Assembly (NCBI RefSeq): GCF_028641065.1
Contig: NC_073389.1
Span: 27,900,001-27,964,000, forward strand
Length of the DNA stretch: 64,000 nt
Source of the DNA: Leucoraja erinacea
Lineage: Eukaryota
Reading direction: 5' to 3'
Part shown: positions 23,205-38,030 of the stretch, piece after piece
Layout of the letters: every line of letters starts with the position of its first letter
Numbering within the stretch: position 1 is the stretch's first letter
The notes under the pieces: model-generated
What the model was told of the DNA's origin: nothing
The model's database searches: none
What the model saw: only the letters and a program-made list of their open reading frames with translations
Position numbers and translations under genes: made by a program

Positions 23205-25265
23205 AAGATGCCCCATCTAAGTTAGTTCCATTTGCCTGCATATCCTTCTAAACCTTTCCTACCCATATACCTGACCAAATGTCTTTTAAGTGCCCTTAAC
23301 TATCTTTGCCCTCAACCTTTCCTACCCGCATACCTGCCTCAACTATCTCCTTTGGCAGCTTTTTCCATGTACCCACCACCTGTGTGAAAAAAGTTCCTCC
23401 TCTCACCTTAAACCTGTGTCCTGTGGTTCTTGATTAGCCTACTCTGGGTAACAGACTTTGCATTCAGCCTATCTATTCCCCTCATGATTTTATACACCTC
23501 CACAAGATCTCCTCTCAGCCTCCTGCGCTCCAAGAAATAAAATTCTATCCTGCCCGACCCCTCCCTATAGCTCAGGCCCTCGACTCCTGGCAATATCCTT
23601 GTTAATTTTCACTACGCTCTTTCCAATTTAATGGCATGCTTCCGATGGCCGGCTGATCCGAAATGAACACAATTCTCCAATTGTGGAGTGCTCCTTGATC
23701 GTTCCAACTAATGCTTTATGCTTCCATTTCCAACAGACGAAATCCACCCTTGATATATTCATTCAACATCTTTGATTTCTCTCTTGCCATTTCTTCTAAT
23801 ATCTAGTCCCTGACTTACTAGGAGTTTCTTATATTTTCTGTTTGAAATTGATGAGACTTAAAAAAAAAATGAATCTGAATTAATTAAAATTATATTTTCA
23901 CATCTAACAAATTATTTAGAAATGTATTAATATTACATGTTTAATTTACATGCACTTCATCATCCTGCCCAAGATCACATTGCCTGTTATTTAACTGAGG
24001 AAATTGATAGCTGGTACACTTCGCTTTAGTTTAGAGACACAGCAAGGCAACGGGTCCTTCAGCCCACCGAGTCTATGCTGACCATAGATCACCCGTTCAA
24101 ACTAGTTCCATATTCTCCCATTTTCTCATTCACTTCTCTACACACTAGGAGCATTTCCACAACAGGCAATTAGCCTTTTTGTAGGCTAATTCGCTTCTGC
24201 AAATTGCCCTTAATGTGTATGAAGTGGGTGCAAAAGTGGGATAGCATAGAACTTGTGTGAATAGGTTGATTGATGATTGGCATGGATTTGGTGATGAAAA
24301 ACTACAACCGCTAAACCTGCACGTCTTTGGGATGTGGGAGGAAAGCAGAGCACCAGTCACAGGGAGAACGTGCAAACTCTACACATGGACAGCACCCGAG
24401 GTTAGGATCAAACCCGGGTCTCTGGTGCTGTGAGGCAGCAACTCTACCAGCTGTGTCATTGTGTCACCACACAGTGGAACGGTACTGAGAATACAAATTT
24501 GTATATGACCCTCCAGCATTTTGTGTCTATCTTTGGTATAAATCAGCATCTGCAGTCCCTTGTTATTACATTTTGATACATTTTTTGTGCTGTTTCTCTC
24601 CGGTTCTGTAGCATTATCTTATTTTGGCCATAACCTTACAAATTGCTGCTGTTTCTGGTATATGTTGTTTGTTGGCTGCTTTTTGAATTGACCCCTGAAG
24701 ATTCCACAGAAGCACGGTTAGGCTGAATGCTAATAAAGATTAAGCTTTGGTGGGAAGTTAACTTCACATCATCATCCAAAAAGGATATTAAGAAACATTG
24801 CTTTTCACTATTTTTTCAATTGGTAGAGTTAAATATTATTGTTTTCTGTATTTTATAGTGTAGAGATTATTTATGACAATGTTGCCAGGACTTGAGGGTC
24901 TGAGCTGTAGGGTGAGGTTGGGCAGACCAGGATTCGATTCCTTGGAGCATAGGAGGATGAGGAGTGATTTGCAGAAGTGTATAAAATCATGAGAGGAATA
25001 GATAGGGTGAATGCTTAGTCTTATACACAGGGTCGGGGAATAAAGAACCAGAAGTAGGTTTAAGGTGAGAGGGGAAAGATTTAATAGGAACCTGAGAGGC
25101 AACCTTTTCACACAGAGGGTGGTGGGTATATGGAAAGAGCTGCCAGAACGTTCCTTCAGCACTGTGTTTTGTTCAAGATTCCAGCACCTGCAGTTCCTTG
25201 CGTGTCTCTACATATCCACACGTAGGAATCACTGGGTTCCTGCCGACTCCGGTAAATAGCAGCAG

Positions 25266-28200
25266 ACATAAAAACATAGAAACATAGAAAATAGGTGCAG
25301 GAGGAGGCCATTCGGACCTTCGAGCCAGCACCGCCATTCATTGTGATCATGGCTGATCGTCCCCTATCAATAACCCGTGCCTGCCTTCTCCCCTTGTCCC
25401 TTGACTCCACTAGCCCCTAGAGCTCTATCTAACTCTCTCTTAAATCCATCCAGTGACTTAGCCTCCACTGCCCTCTGTGGCAGGAAATTCCATAAATTCA
25501 CAACTCTGGGTGAAAAAGTTTTTTCATACCTCAGCCTTAAATGACCTCCCCTTTATTCTAAGACTATGGCCCCTGGTTCTGGACTCGCCCAACATTGGGA
25601 ACATTTTTCCTGCATCTAGCTTGTCCAGTCCTTTTATAATTGTATATGTTTCTATAAGATATCCCCTCATCCTTCTAAACTCCAGTGAATACAAGCCTAG
25701 TTTTTTCAATCTTTCTTCATATCACAGTACCGCCATCCCGGGGATCAGTCTCGTGAACCTCTTCACTCCTATACTGAAATCCTCTTGTTATGAAGACCAA
25801 CATTCCATTGGCTTTCTTCACTGCCTGCTGTACCCGTAAGCCAACTTTCAGTGACCCCCAGGTCTCACTGCACCTCCCCCTTACCAAACCTAAACCCATT
25901 GAGATAATAATCTGCCCCCTTGTTTATGCAGCCAAAGTGGATAACCTCACATTTATCTATATTATACTGCATCTGCCACGCATCTGCCCACTCACTCAAC
26001 CTGTCCAGGTCACCCTGCAACCTCCTAACATCCTCTTCACAGCTCACACTGCCACCCAGCTTTGTGTCATCCGTAAACCTGCTAGTGTTGCTCCTAATTC
26101 CCTATTCCAAATCATTAATATATATGGTAAACAGTTGCGGCCCCAACACCGAGCCTTGCGGCACTCCACTCGCCACTGCCTGCCATTCTGAAAAGGACCC
26201 GTTCACTACTACTCTTTGCCTCCGGTCTGCCAACCAATTTTCTATCCATGACAACACCCTACCCCCAATACTATGTGCTTTAATTTTAGTCACCAGTCTC
26301 CCGTGCGGGACCTTATCAAAGGCTTTCTGAAAGTCTAGATACACTACATCCACTGGCACCCCTTCATCCATTTTATTTGTCACGTCCTCAAAAAATTCCA
26401 GAAGATTAGTCAAGCATGATTTCCCTTTCATAAATCCATGTTGACTTGGACTAATCCTTTTACTGCTATCCAAATGCCCCATTATTACCTCTTTAATAAT
26501 TGACTCCAGCATCTTTCCCACCACCGAAGTCAGGCTAACTGGTCTGTAATTCCCCGTTTTCTCTCTCGCTCCTTTTTTGAAAGTGGGATAACATTAGCTA
26601 TCCTCCAATCCACAGGAACTGATCCTGAATCTATTGAACATTGGAAAATGATCACCAATGCATCCACTATATCTAGAGCCACCTCCCTGAAGATCCTGGG
26701 ATGCAGACCATCAGGCCCAGGGGATTTATCATCCTTCAGTCCCATAAGCCTACCCAATACTATTTCTTGCCTAATCAAAAATAATTTCAGTTCCTCTACC
26801 CCCATAGATCCTCTATCCTCCAGTAAATCAGGGAGATTGTTTGTGTCTTCCTTAGTGAAGACAGATTCGAAGTACCTATTTAACTCTTCTGCCATTTCCT
26901 TGTTGCCCATAATAATTTCTCCTGACTTTGCTACTCTTTTTCCCTTAACATATCTAAATAAACTTTTACTGTCCTTCTTTATATTCCTGGCCAGCTTCCC
27001 TTCGTACTTCATCTTTTCAGCCGGTACTGCCCGTTTTGTTTCCTTCTGTTGTCCTAAGAAAGTTTCCCAATCCTCTGGCTTCCGGCTACTCTTTGCTGTG
27101 TTATACATCTTTTCTTTTAGTTTTATTCTATCCCTAACTTCTCTTGTCAGCCACGGTTGTCTCCTACTCCCCTTAGAATCTTTCTTCCTTTTTGGAATGA
27201 AATGATCCTGCGTCTTCCGGATTATGCCCAGAAATTCCTGCCATTGTTGTTCCACCGTCATTCCTGCTAGGATCCCTTTCCAGTCTACCTTGGCCAGCTC
27301 CCCTCTCATGCCTTCATAGTCCCCTTTGTTCAACTGCATCACTGACACTTCCGATTTAACGTTCTCCTTCTCAAATTGCAGATTAAAACTAATCATATTA
27401 TGATCACTACCTCCTTTTCCTCAAGTTCTCTTATCATATCTGGTTCATTGGACAACACTAAATCCAGAATTGCCTTTTCTCTGGTCGGCTCCATTACAAG
27501 CTGCTATAAGAATCCATCTCGGAGGCATTCTACAAACTCTCTTTCTTGGGGTCCTGCACCAACCTGATTTTCCCAGTCTACCTGCATATTGAAATCCCCA
27601 TCACCACAGTGGCATTACCTTTGTTACATGCCAGTTTTAACTCCTGCTGCAACTTACACCCTACATCCGGGCTACTATTTGGGGGTCTATAGATAACACC
27701 AATTAGTGTCTTCTTGCCTTTATAATTCCTCAACTCAATCCACAGTGACTCTACCTCGTCAGGCCCTATGTCTTCCCTCGCAAGGGACTGAATTCCATCC
27801 CAGCAGAGCTACCCCCCACCCCTCCTCTGCCCACCTGCCTGTCCTTTCTATAGGATGTATAACACTGAATATTAAGTTCCCAGGTACGATCCTCCTGCAG
27901 CCACGTCTCAGTAATCCCCACAATGTCATATCTACCAACCTCTAACTGAGCCTCAATCTCAACTACTTTACTTCTTATACTTCGCGCATTCATATACAAT
28001 ACTTTTAATTCCTTATGCATCTCACCTTTCACATCGATCCCTATTACACTTGGCCATACTCTCCTATGCCTTTGTGAGCTTCCTTTCCTGTTATTTCTGA
28101 GGTCATTAAGCATGCATTTGCTCTCTTTCCCTTTAACTCCATCCTCGACTATCCCATTTAACACCCCATCCCCCTTATTCAGTTTAAAACCACCCGTGTA

Positions 28201-29154
28201 GCAATGGCAAACCTGCCTGCCAGAATGCTGGTCCCCCACCTGTTAAGATGCAATCGTCCCTTTTGTACTGTTCCCCCTTACTCCAAAACAGACACTTTCG
28301 CCAGCACGAGGAACTGGTAGCAAACCAGAGATAACAATCCTGGAGGTCCTGCTTTACAGCATTTTCCGAGCTCTCTAAAGTCATGCTGCAGAATATTCAT
28401 CCCCCTTTTCCGACATCATTTGTGCCGACATGCACAACACTTCCGCCGGCTGTTCACCTTCGCCCTTGAGGATTTTCTGCACTCTGTCCGTGACATCCTG
28501 GATCCTGGCACCAGGAAGGCAGCACACCATCTTCGTCCTCGAATCTCATCTGTTCCTGCAGAAACCCCTGTCCGTACCTCTCACAATGGAGTCTCCAACT
28601 ACAATGGCGTTGACTGACGTTGGCCTCTTTGGTTTTGGCTCAACAGCCCTTTTTGCTTCGCAAGCCAGTCCGCCGCTCAGTGTGATAACGTCTTCTGTCC
28701 TGACAGCTTCTAAGTGGATGAACCTGTTCACAAGAGGTACAACACCCGGGGATGTTTGCATTCCATGTTTCCCTCCCTTTCTCACCGTCACCCACCTTCT
28801 CTCTTCCAGTACGTTAGGTGTAACAATCTTACTGTAGGACTTGTCGAGGAACGACTCCGTTTCTCGGACGAACCTGAGATCATCCACTTCTCCAGTTCCC
28901 CAACACGGTCCTTCAGGAGCTACACCTGGATGCACTTCTCATATTTGTAGCAGCCAGAGGCACTAGCAGTGTCCTTGACCTCCCGCATACTGCAAGCATC
29001 ACACGGAATTAGCTTGCTTGACATCTCCTTCTTTCGTCTCTCCCTCTCCAGCCTTTTGCATAGCCTCCTCTCCTCAGCCGAAGACTCTGGAGCCAAAGAC
29101 TCGCACTTTTCTCACAGGGCACTTCCCTCACAAGTCCGCTCCCTCACTCCCTCA
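25266..29154 (-). mobile_element. Near-full-length CR1 (HER1-like) LINE with ORF1 (Zn finger + SGNH esterase) and degraded ORF2 (APE + RT)
   Basis: ORF1 ATG at 29024 (MSSKLIPCDAC..; IVVGDSIVRGTD); APE LYMNARSIRSK, GITETWL; [38 protein letters not shown]; (TTTCTATG)n tail; several internal deletions. Confidence 0.92.
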
Positions 29155-30469
29155 CTCAGACCCTCAAGTCCTGGCAACATCGTCATAAATCATCTCCGCA
29201 TTCTTTCCACCGTAGTCAAGTCATGTATTTCTTTATCAACATGTATTGATAACGGTACAATCAAATGTATATGTGATGCAGCTTTACAGGCCCACAAACA
29301 CAAGAACACACACATAATGTCCAATAATAGTAATACAATAAATGAATGATCAGTAAAACTGGGACATACAGTCAGTGAGTCATAGTCATGCAGTCAATGT
29401 GCAAACAACCTTGGGTGCTGTCTGTACGGAGTTTGCACATTGTCACATTTGCACTTTGTATCATATTTGTAAACCAACAACTGCAGTTTCATGTTTCTAC
29501 ATTTTGTCCCCTCCCCACCTCTCCCACACAATCAGTCCGAAAAAGGGTTTTGACCTAAAACATCACCTATCCATGTTCTCTAGACATGCTGCCGGACCCA
29601 CTGTGTTACACCAGCACTTTGTGTCATTTTCTTGTAAGCCAGCATCTGCAGTTCCTTGTTTCTGCAGATAATCCGGTTGTTTTGATGCATCGCTGAATGC
29701 TGTATCTGACTTCATCATTTTGTGTATAAACAAGATGTTAAGTGTCAAATCTCAAGAACAGCTCACTCTAAATCAAAGGACCTGATTGTAATGAGTCCAA
29801 TCTACACTGATAAATGCTAATTCAACACAAGGCAGCTCCTCTAAGTTTGTAGAGGCAGAGTCATATCACTCTAAACTTGTCCTATCCTGTCTAAACGTTT
29901 CTTAAACTTTGCAATAGTACCAGCCTCAACTACCTCTGGCAGCTCGTTCTATGCGCCCACCACCCTTTGTGTAAAAAAAGTTACCCTCGGGTTCCTATTA
30001 AATCTTCCCCCCCCCCTTTACCTTAAACCTATGTCCTTTGATTCTCGATTCCCATACTCTGGGCAAGAGACTCTGTGCGTTTACCTAGTCTATTCTCTCA
30101 TGATTTTATACACCCCGATACGATCAACCCTCATCCTCCTGTGCTCCAAGGAATAGAATTCTAGCCTGCTCTACCTCCCTCTCAGGCCCTCAAGTTCTGA
30201 CAACATCTTTCCAATTAGAATGGTGACTGTACAAGATGAATTTATAATGTTGTTAAAGCCTTAGCGATGTGTTAGAGGCCACGATCTACTGTCAAGATGA
30301 AAGGGAGACTCAGAGCATTTGCTGCTTCTGTCGCAGAAATGGTACAAACCCTTCAGGCAAGATTTATGTGTGAGCATTCAGAGGTTGATAACTGAGCGGC
30401 GCTGCTCTATGTTTAGTTTCATGGGGAGTGCATCTTGCTGACTGGCTAATTGTGGATATGCACTGAGTG

Positions 30470-31212
30470 GTGGCGTCAGCGATGGCAGCCTCGCCAACGG
30501 TCTGTCTGTCTTTTCGGCTTCTTTGTTATTTTTTAGTGTGTTTTAAAAGTATGCGTTAACATTCTCTGGTTTGTTTTATGTGAGGGGGGGGTCGGGGGAA
30601 ACATTTTTCAATCTCCTACCTTGCTGGAGATGCGATTGTTTTCTGGACCGTATCTCCGGTCGCTCTGCGGCCTAACGTCATGGAGCTGGCAGCCTTGCTC
30701 GAGACTGACTTTGAGCCCCACCGCGGGGCCGTGGATTTATCATCGGAGCCTGCGATCCCTTGCCTGGGATCGACGCTCCAACTGCGGCCTGCGGATTTCA
30801 ACATTGAGGAGCTTGCAGTCTCGGGTAGAGACCGATGTCGGGAAGCTCCAAAGTCGTAGGAGGTTCGTCCAACCCCGACCCGGGGTCCGATCGCCCGGCG
30901 CGGGGAGTTGAGATCCCCCCGATGGGAGAGCTCGACCGCCCCGACGTGGATCGCTCGACTGCCGGCTACGGGAGCCAAGATCGCCATGACAACGGAAGGT
31001 TCAAGTGCCCCGACCGCGGGAGAACAAAGAATTGAACTTTTTTTGCCTTCCATCACAGTGAAGAATATGGGGGAGTCACTGTGCTGGATGTTCATGTTAA
31101 AACTTTGTTTGGGAGTTTTGTTGATCTTTATTAATGTGACTGTATGACAAATCAAATTTCTCATATGTTGCAAAACATACATGGCTAATAGGGTGCTATT
31201 ATGATTATGATG
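30470..31212 (+). mobile_element. non-autonomous retroposon (Rex1/Babar-like ends), (ATTATG)n tail; inverted partner at 31588-31975
   Basis: gatggcagcc 5' motif, shared 3' block catcacagtga..gagtcactgtg.tggatgtt.atgttaaaa, tandem tail. Confidence 0.6.
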
Positions 31213-32349
31213 AAAGCTGTGCAGGTCAAGAGTATTTAATTGTTGTATTCACTGAAAAGAGAACAATGAAACTGGTACTTACTGGAGGTTTACAGGCCTG
31301 TATATGCAGAAGCACACAGATAAATAGAAAACAATCAATAATGTAACAGATTATTAACATGGATAGGTGATGTTTAGGGTCCGACGAAGGGTGCCACAGT
31401 GGCGCAGCAGTAGAATTGCTGCCTTACAACACCAGAGGCCTGGGTTCGATCCTGACTACAGGTGCTATTTGTACAGAGTTTGTACGTTCTCCCTGTGTCC
31501 GCGTGGGTAATCTCCGGGTGCACCAGTTTCTTCCCACATTCGAAAGATGTACAGATTTCTAGGTCAATTGTAAATTGTCCCTAAATCGTAATCATAATCA
31601 TACTTTATTAGCTATGTATGTTTTGCAACATACGAGGAAATTGATTTGCCATACAGTCATACCAATAAAAAGCAACAGAACACACAAAATACGTTTTAAC
31701 ATAAACATCCACCACAGTGACTCCTCCACATTGCTCACTGTGATGGAAGGCGAAAAAAAAGTTAAATCTGTTAACTTCTTTGTTATCCTGTGGTCGGGGG
31801 CCTCGAGCCTTCTGTTGTCAGGGCGATCTTGGTTCCCGTAGCCGGTGGTCGAGCCTTCTGCATCGGGCCGATCAAGCTCCCGCATCAGGAGGATCTCAGC
31901 TCCCCCACGCTGGACGATCGGACCACGGGTCGGGGCAAGTCGAACCACTTGCAACTTTGGCGCCTCTCGACATCAGTCTCTAACCAAGACTGTTAAATTG
32001 TTAATTTTTAAAGCAGAGATTGCCAGATTCTTGATTAGTAAGAGTGTCAAAGGTTACAGGGTGAAGGCAGGAGGATGAGGTTGAGAGATAGATCACCCAT
32101 CATTGAAGGGCAGAGTAGACTCGATGGGCCGAATGGCCTAATCCTGCTCCTGTGACTTATGAACTTACTCCAGCACTTTTTGTATTAACCAGTATCTACA
32201 ACATTTATTTCTGAATTATTATCAGTATCACCAGGCAACAAAAGATTTTTACTGTACCTCGGTATACGAGAGAATACACTAAACTTATAATTCAAAAACC
32301 GAAGTCCAGGGCAATTTTTTTTACATAGTGCCTGGTACGCACTGCCAAG

Positions 32350-32710
32350 CAAAGGTCCTATAGCAAGCAAGATAGACCACTCCTTCTAAATGCAATGGGC
32401 TGACTTGTAGTACGCAACGGAGCGGAACGTGGACCATTTTTTCAACCATTTCAGTAACCCGCCCCGACCCGACTCTCAGTGTAATCAACGTTGCGGGTGA
32501 ACAGTTTGTGTTAATAAATTATAATTCTGAATATGAGGAGAAGATTTTTTCCAAATAACTTTTATTTTTACGAGTATCCTATGGGACCTTTGGTGCGGAG
32601 ACGGAAGCCGGTTACGGAAATGGGGCCCCGAAAATTACCCATGAATCTGCCCATGACCGTACTACGTCTTTTTCGTAGAGTGATCTATCTTGCTTGCTAT
32701 AGGATCTTTG
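32350..32710. mobile_element. MITE with CAAAG termini and 8-bp TSD (P-element-like)
   Basis: 33-bp TIR caaagg/atcctatagcaagcaagatagac/tcactc (2 mismatches); TSD ctgccaag 32342-32349 / 32711-32718. Confidence 0.85.
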
Positions 32711-35700
32711 CTGCCAAGGGTGGTTATGGCTAACTGAAAGTCTTTTAAAGACCACTAACGTATCTGCTTCAACCATCATCCCTGGTTTCCTCCTACATCC
32801 CACAGACATGAAGGTTTGTATGTTAATTGGCCCCCTGTAAATTGCCCCTAGTGTGTATGGAGTGGATGAAAGGAAGTGGAATAACATAGAATTAGTGTGA
32901 ACGGGTTGTCAATGGTCGGCAAGGACTCGTTTGGTGTAAGTGCCTGTTTCCATGTTGTATTTTGCAATCAATCAATACTGAATTGTAAAGGAAAGTCTTG
33001 AGTGGGCCAGTCAAGCTTTCTTCCCCCACCCTGACAATCAGTCAAAAGAAGGTCCTGGCCCGAACCGTCACTTATCCATGTTGTCCAGAGATGCTGCTTG
33101 ACTATCTGAGTTACACCAACATTTATGTTTTTTTTTTTTACTGGGCCAAAGATAGACACAAAGTGCTGGAGTAACTCAGCGGGTCAGGCAGCATCTCTGG
33201 AGAAAAGTAATAGGGGATGCTTAGGGTTGGGACCCTTCTTCCGACTAAAAGATAGAGGTGGCAGGAGGGGGAGGGAAGAGAGGGACTGGAGGCAAGAAAA
33301 GGCCAGAACCAGAGCCGGCTACACATGCCCTCAGGAAGGGTGGAGTCCATAATGGCCCATTGTTGGCTGGGGAAGATGTGCTGACTACAGGGATGCGAAC
33401 AGTGGAACTACTAGACTGGTTAGTCAAAAAAGAAATCTGAAATAGGTGCAAATGTGAATGGAAATTTGACTGAAACGCTGAACTAATCATTCTGAATAGA
33501 TAAATCACCTAGATTTTGGACTACTACAAATTGCAGCAACCATCAAAAACAAATAATAATCCTTTAATCAAAATTTTGGATTGTTTACAGGCCCTCATTA
33601 AGTCAAACTAGAAAGATGCATAGTCTGAGAATAAGAAGCTGTCGTTTGGGTAATAACTCTCCTGCTTTTGTGTGTACTAATGAAACTATTGGCCAGATTT
33701 AGCTTCTGGGGAAGGTGATTATGCAAATTGTGTTGTCTTTCGTAATAAAGCATCAAGCCTCTCAACGCCTTCATTAGCGAGGTTCCAAGAAGCTGAAGGA
33801 AGTAGCATAATATCCATCTCCTCCCAGGCAAAGAGTACCAATTATTGTCCACTATCACTAACTACGTGTGTTCAGTCGAGAATTTAGACATTAAAGCTTT
33901 TCCAAAATGGAGCCATATTTTTTTTTCTCCTTAAAATGTGCTTTCAGTTGCTCACATGAAAACCCACCCTTTATCAACCTAAATCGCCTCCAATTCACTT
34001 AAACTTTAGACTTTAGAGACACAGCATGGAAACAGGCCCTTCGGCCCACCGAGTCCTGCGCTATCCATTATGCATTATAGCGTCACCTATCCATGTTCTC
34101 CAGAAATGCTGCCTGACCAGCTGAGTTACTGCTGCACTTTGTGTCCATATCAGTATTCAGTATTTCTTTAATATCATTTTCACTGAGTACTCGCATACAC
34201 CGAGGAAACGAAAAAACGTTGCTCGATCAGTTTCCATTCAGTGTAGTTAATAAAAAAGGGTAAATACATAGAGCTTTAAAACAAATTAAAATTACCGTCT
34301 AAAAACAGAAAGTAGGCCTAAAATTTCCGATAGAATAAAAACAGACATTCCGACCAACAGTGGCTTTACTTTGACAGGTGCCTAACTGTCAAAGTATGGA
34401 CGAGGTTGAATGTGTATTCAATGAATATTTAATCTATTCTGTTCTAAATCTTTCCATGAAGGTATGAAAGTAATTATCTAATAAATAACCATATTGGTAC
34501 ATTGCAATATAATGGTTCATACTATCTTGTCCATAATGCCAGCAGAAATTTCTACTTCAGAATATGAATGCTTTCATTTAATGTTTTTGCCAAGCTCGGT
34601 TTGCCAAAAAAAAACCTTATTTCATGCCTGTGCTATTATTGTTATATTAATCAGTTACATTTCCACAAACTAACAGGGAGTTATAATTGGGATTACAGAT
34701 TAGCCTGTTAATAACAATCTCAAAATTTTCACCTGCGACTGCCTGTCTGGCAGTCTTTTCATCTTCATCCTTGTGGACGTAACAGCCTGTGTGGTTATAT
34801 CTTTGTTACCATTCGTGTTTTATGTGTTGTTTGAGTTGTTCCTCGTATGTGGAGCAAGTCATATGTGCGGCCAGTTATTCTGTGGCTCAGAAATACTTTT
34901 AACAAACAAATGGAGATTATATCTATTGTTCCCCATCCTTTCTTTACACACCCCGCAAGTTTTTTGTAACGTACAGCGATCAAAATACAGATGTGCCACA
35001 CTATAACTTCCTTCTTTGTCCTTTCCACCTCGTTCTTTCGTAAATTTACCCAAATGTATTCACCCTGATGGAATACTCACCTGTTTATGAAATGAGCCAT
35101 AAAATTAAACATTATATGTGGAGAATGCATTGTAAATTGGGTAGGCTTCTTCGAGTGGTGATCTGCATTTGAGACATCCTTTAAAGGTGTACTTGCAGAA
35201 GTCGAAGGTTGTTATGAGAGGATTAAAGGTATTGTTTTAAAAAAATTAAAGCTTGATCCTCATTTCCAAATAATTTGGGGTTAGACAGCAGATCTATGAT
35301 AAAAGCATAGACTAGATGAACAGCATGAACCTCTGTTACATAAACATCAGGGTAGCACTGTAACACGTTATCCATTTATACACGCCTGCTCTGTTGGCTT
35401 CTATTAATCAATGTGTATAGCAGATGCATTGTGTGGCTTCAGTCCCCTGAGTGCCACATAGAGCTCTCTCTCTCTCTCACTCTCTCTGCATCCATTTATC
35501 TGAGAACTGTCATCTGTGCAGTCCCTGGTTTTAATTGCAACGTGATGTACAACACTGTGGAATGTAGTCAGCACTCAGCCGGTATGAAGTAGGCGACAAC
35601 CCTGTGGCATTATCAGTAATGTTCTTCCAAAAACCGTCGGATCAGCATCCACTCTCAACAAATGCTGCGCTTGGAGCGGCTATTTCTGGTTGCATTGTGA

Positions 35701-35934
35701 AATATCTTTTAGAATGTCGGGTACCGGCTGAGGTGTCCCACGGTGTAGAGGGCCTGGAAGTCCACCAGCCCAGTAATTGTCTCCCTGTGACCTCCTGACA
35801 AAGACTTTGGGGCACTGAGTGGTTGGCAGTGGATTATTTGATAACTATATTTCAATGCGGATTTTACACAAGATGTTGCATTATGCTGGCAAGACATGCC
35901 CCTGTTTGAGTATCTGAAAGGGCTGCTCCTCAAG

Positions 35935-36235
35935 TTTAGTTTAGTTTAGTTTAGAGATACAGCGTGGAATCAGGCCCTGCAGCCCACCGAAGTTGCACCG
36001 ACTAATAATTATCCTGTACACTAATTCTATCCTAAACACGAGGGACAATTTACAGAAGTCAATTAACCTAAAAAAATGCACATTTTTGGAATGTAGGAAG
36101 AAACCGGGGCACCCTAGAGAATCCATGCAGTCACTCGAAGAACGTGCAAACTCCAAACAGACAGCACCCGTAGTCAGGATCAAACCCGGGTCTCTGGCGC
36201 TGTGAGGCAACAACTTTACCACTGCACCACTGTCA
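35935..36235 (-). mobile_element. HE1-like SINE
   Basis: Full length, (TTTAG)n tail on the + strand. Confidence 0.85.
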
Positions 36236-36715
36236 GCCTCAGTATTGACTGCATTTTAGCCCCCGCTCCTGATCTTTGGCCACTCAATACAGAGGGGGGA
36301 AGAGTCCGTCAGTCGGCGAGGGTTGGGAAGCCCCTGTCGGTTTGCTCCTGGGTCTGATGCCCTCTTGTCTCATTTTCATCTCTAGCCTTTGCCAGACTCC
36401 ACCAATTTCCCCCCCGGTGCCCCTCACCTGTATCCACCCGTCATTTCCCAGGCTTTGTCCAGCGCCATCTCTCTCTTCCAGCATTTTCCCCCTACTCCAT
36501 CAACCTGATATAAAATGTCATCTGTCCATCCCCTCCATAGATGCTGCCTGACCCACTTGGTCCTGCCAGCACTTTGTTTTTTTGCTCCAATTCTGTCCTT
36601 CCGATCAGCCAAACACCTTCAGATTTTCTTCCAATCAAGCCAAACTCAAGTACAATAGATAAAGGGGAAGATACAGAGTGCTGAATATAGTTCTCAGCTT
36701 TGTAGCGCAACAGTT

Positions 36716-38030
36716 CCATAGACATAGATACATAGACAATAGGTGCAGGAGTAGGCCATTTGGCTCCTCGAGCCAGCACCCTATTCAATGTGATCATGAC
36801 TGATCATCCACAGTCAGTACCCCGTTCCTGCCGTTTCCCCATACCCCTTGCTTCCACTTGCCCTAAGAGCTCTAAATCCCTCTTGAATGCATCCGGTGAA
36901 TCGGCCTCCACTGCCTTCTGAGGCAGAGAATTCCACAAATTCATAACTCTCTGTGTGAAAAAGTTTTTCCTCATCTCAGTTCTAAATGGCCTACCCCCTT
37001 ATTCTTAAACTGTGGCCCCTGTTTCTGGACTCCCCCAACATCGGGAACATGTTTCCTGCATCTAGCATGTCCAAGCCCTTAATAATTTAATATGTTTCTA
37101 TAACATTCCCTCTCATCTTTCTAAATTCCAGTGAATGCAAGCCCAGTCGCTCCATTCTTTCATCATATGACAGTCCTGCCATCCCAGGAATTAACCTTGT
37201 GAACCTACGCAGCACTCCCTCAATAGCAAGAATGTCCTTCCTCAAATTAGGAGACCAAAACTACACACAATACTCCAGGTGTAGTCTCACCAGGGCCCTG
37301 TACAACTGCAGTATACTTAAATCCTCTCGTTATGAAGGCCAACGTGCCATTAGCTTTCTTCACTGCCTGTTGTACCTGTATGTTTCCTTTCAGTGACTGA
37401 TGTACTAGGACACCCAGGTCTCGTTTTACTTCCCCTTTTCCAAACCTGACAACATTCCAATAATTATCTGCCTTCCAGTTCTTACCTCCAAAGTGGATAA
37501 CCTCACATTATACTGCATACAGGTTCGACCAGTCCCGACGCGAGGTCCGATCGCCCGGCGCGGGGGAGCTGACATCCCCCCGATGCGGGAGCTTGATCGC
37601 CTCGACACGGAGGGCCCGAATGCTGCCGGCTACGGGAGTCAAGATCATCCCGTCAACGGGGGCTCGAGGTCCACGACCGAGGAAGAACAAAAGGAAGAGA
37701 CTTGAACTTTATTTCACCTTCCATCATAGTGAGGAATGTGTAGGAGTCACTGTGGTGGATGTTCATGTTAAAATGTGTTTTCAAGTGATCTGTTGCTTTT
37801 AATTGTATCACTGACCTGGCCAATAAAATTCCTCGTATGTTGCAAAACATACTTGGCAAATAAAGTGTGATTCTGATTCTGATTCTGATCTGTCATGCAT
37901 CTGCCCTCTCACTGAACCTGTCCAAGTCACTCTGCATCCTCGTAGCATCCTCTTCACAATTCACACTGCCACCCAGCTTTGTGTCATCTGCAAATTTGCT
38001 AATGTTACTTTTAATTCCTTCATCTAAATC
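36716..38030 (-). mobile_element. CR1 3' fragment interrupted by an insertion at 37521-37888
   Basis: CR1 ORF2 C-terminal DNA and TCTATG tail; sequence resumes after the insert (tatactgcat|ctgtcatgcatctgccc). Confidence 0.8.

Noticed and set aside
24860-29205. Inverted CR1 scraps flanking the large CR1 as TIRs of a composite element
   Set aside because: Both are common CR1 ORF2 fragments; no TSD found, so chance juxtaposition suffices
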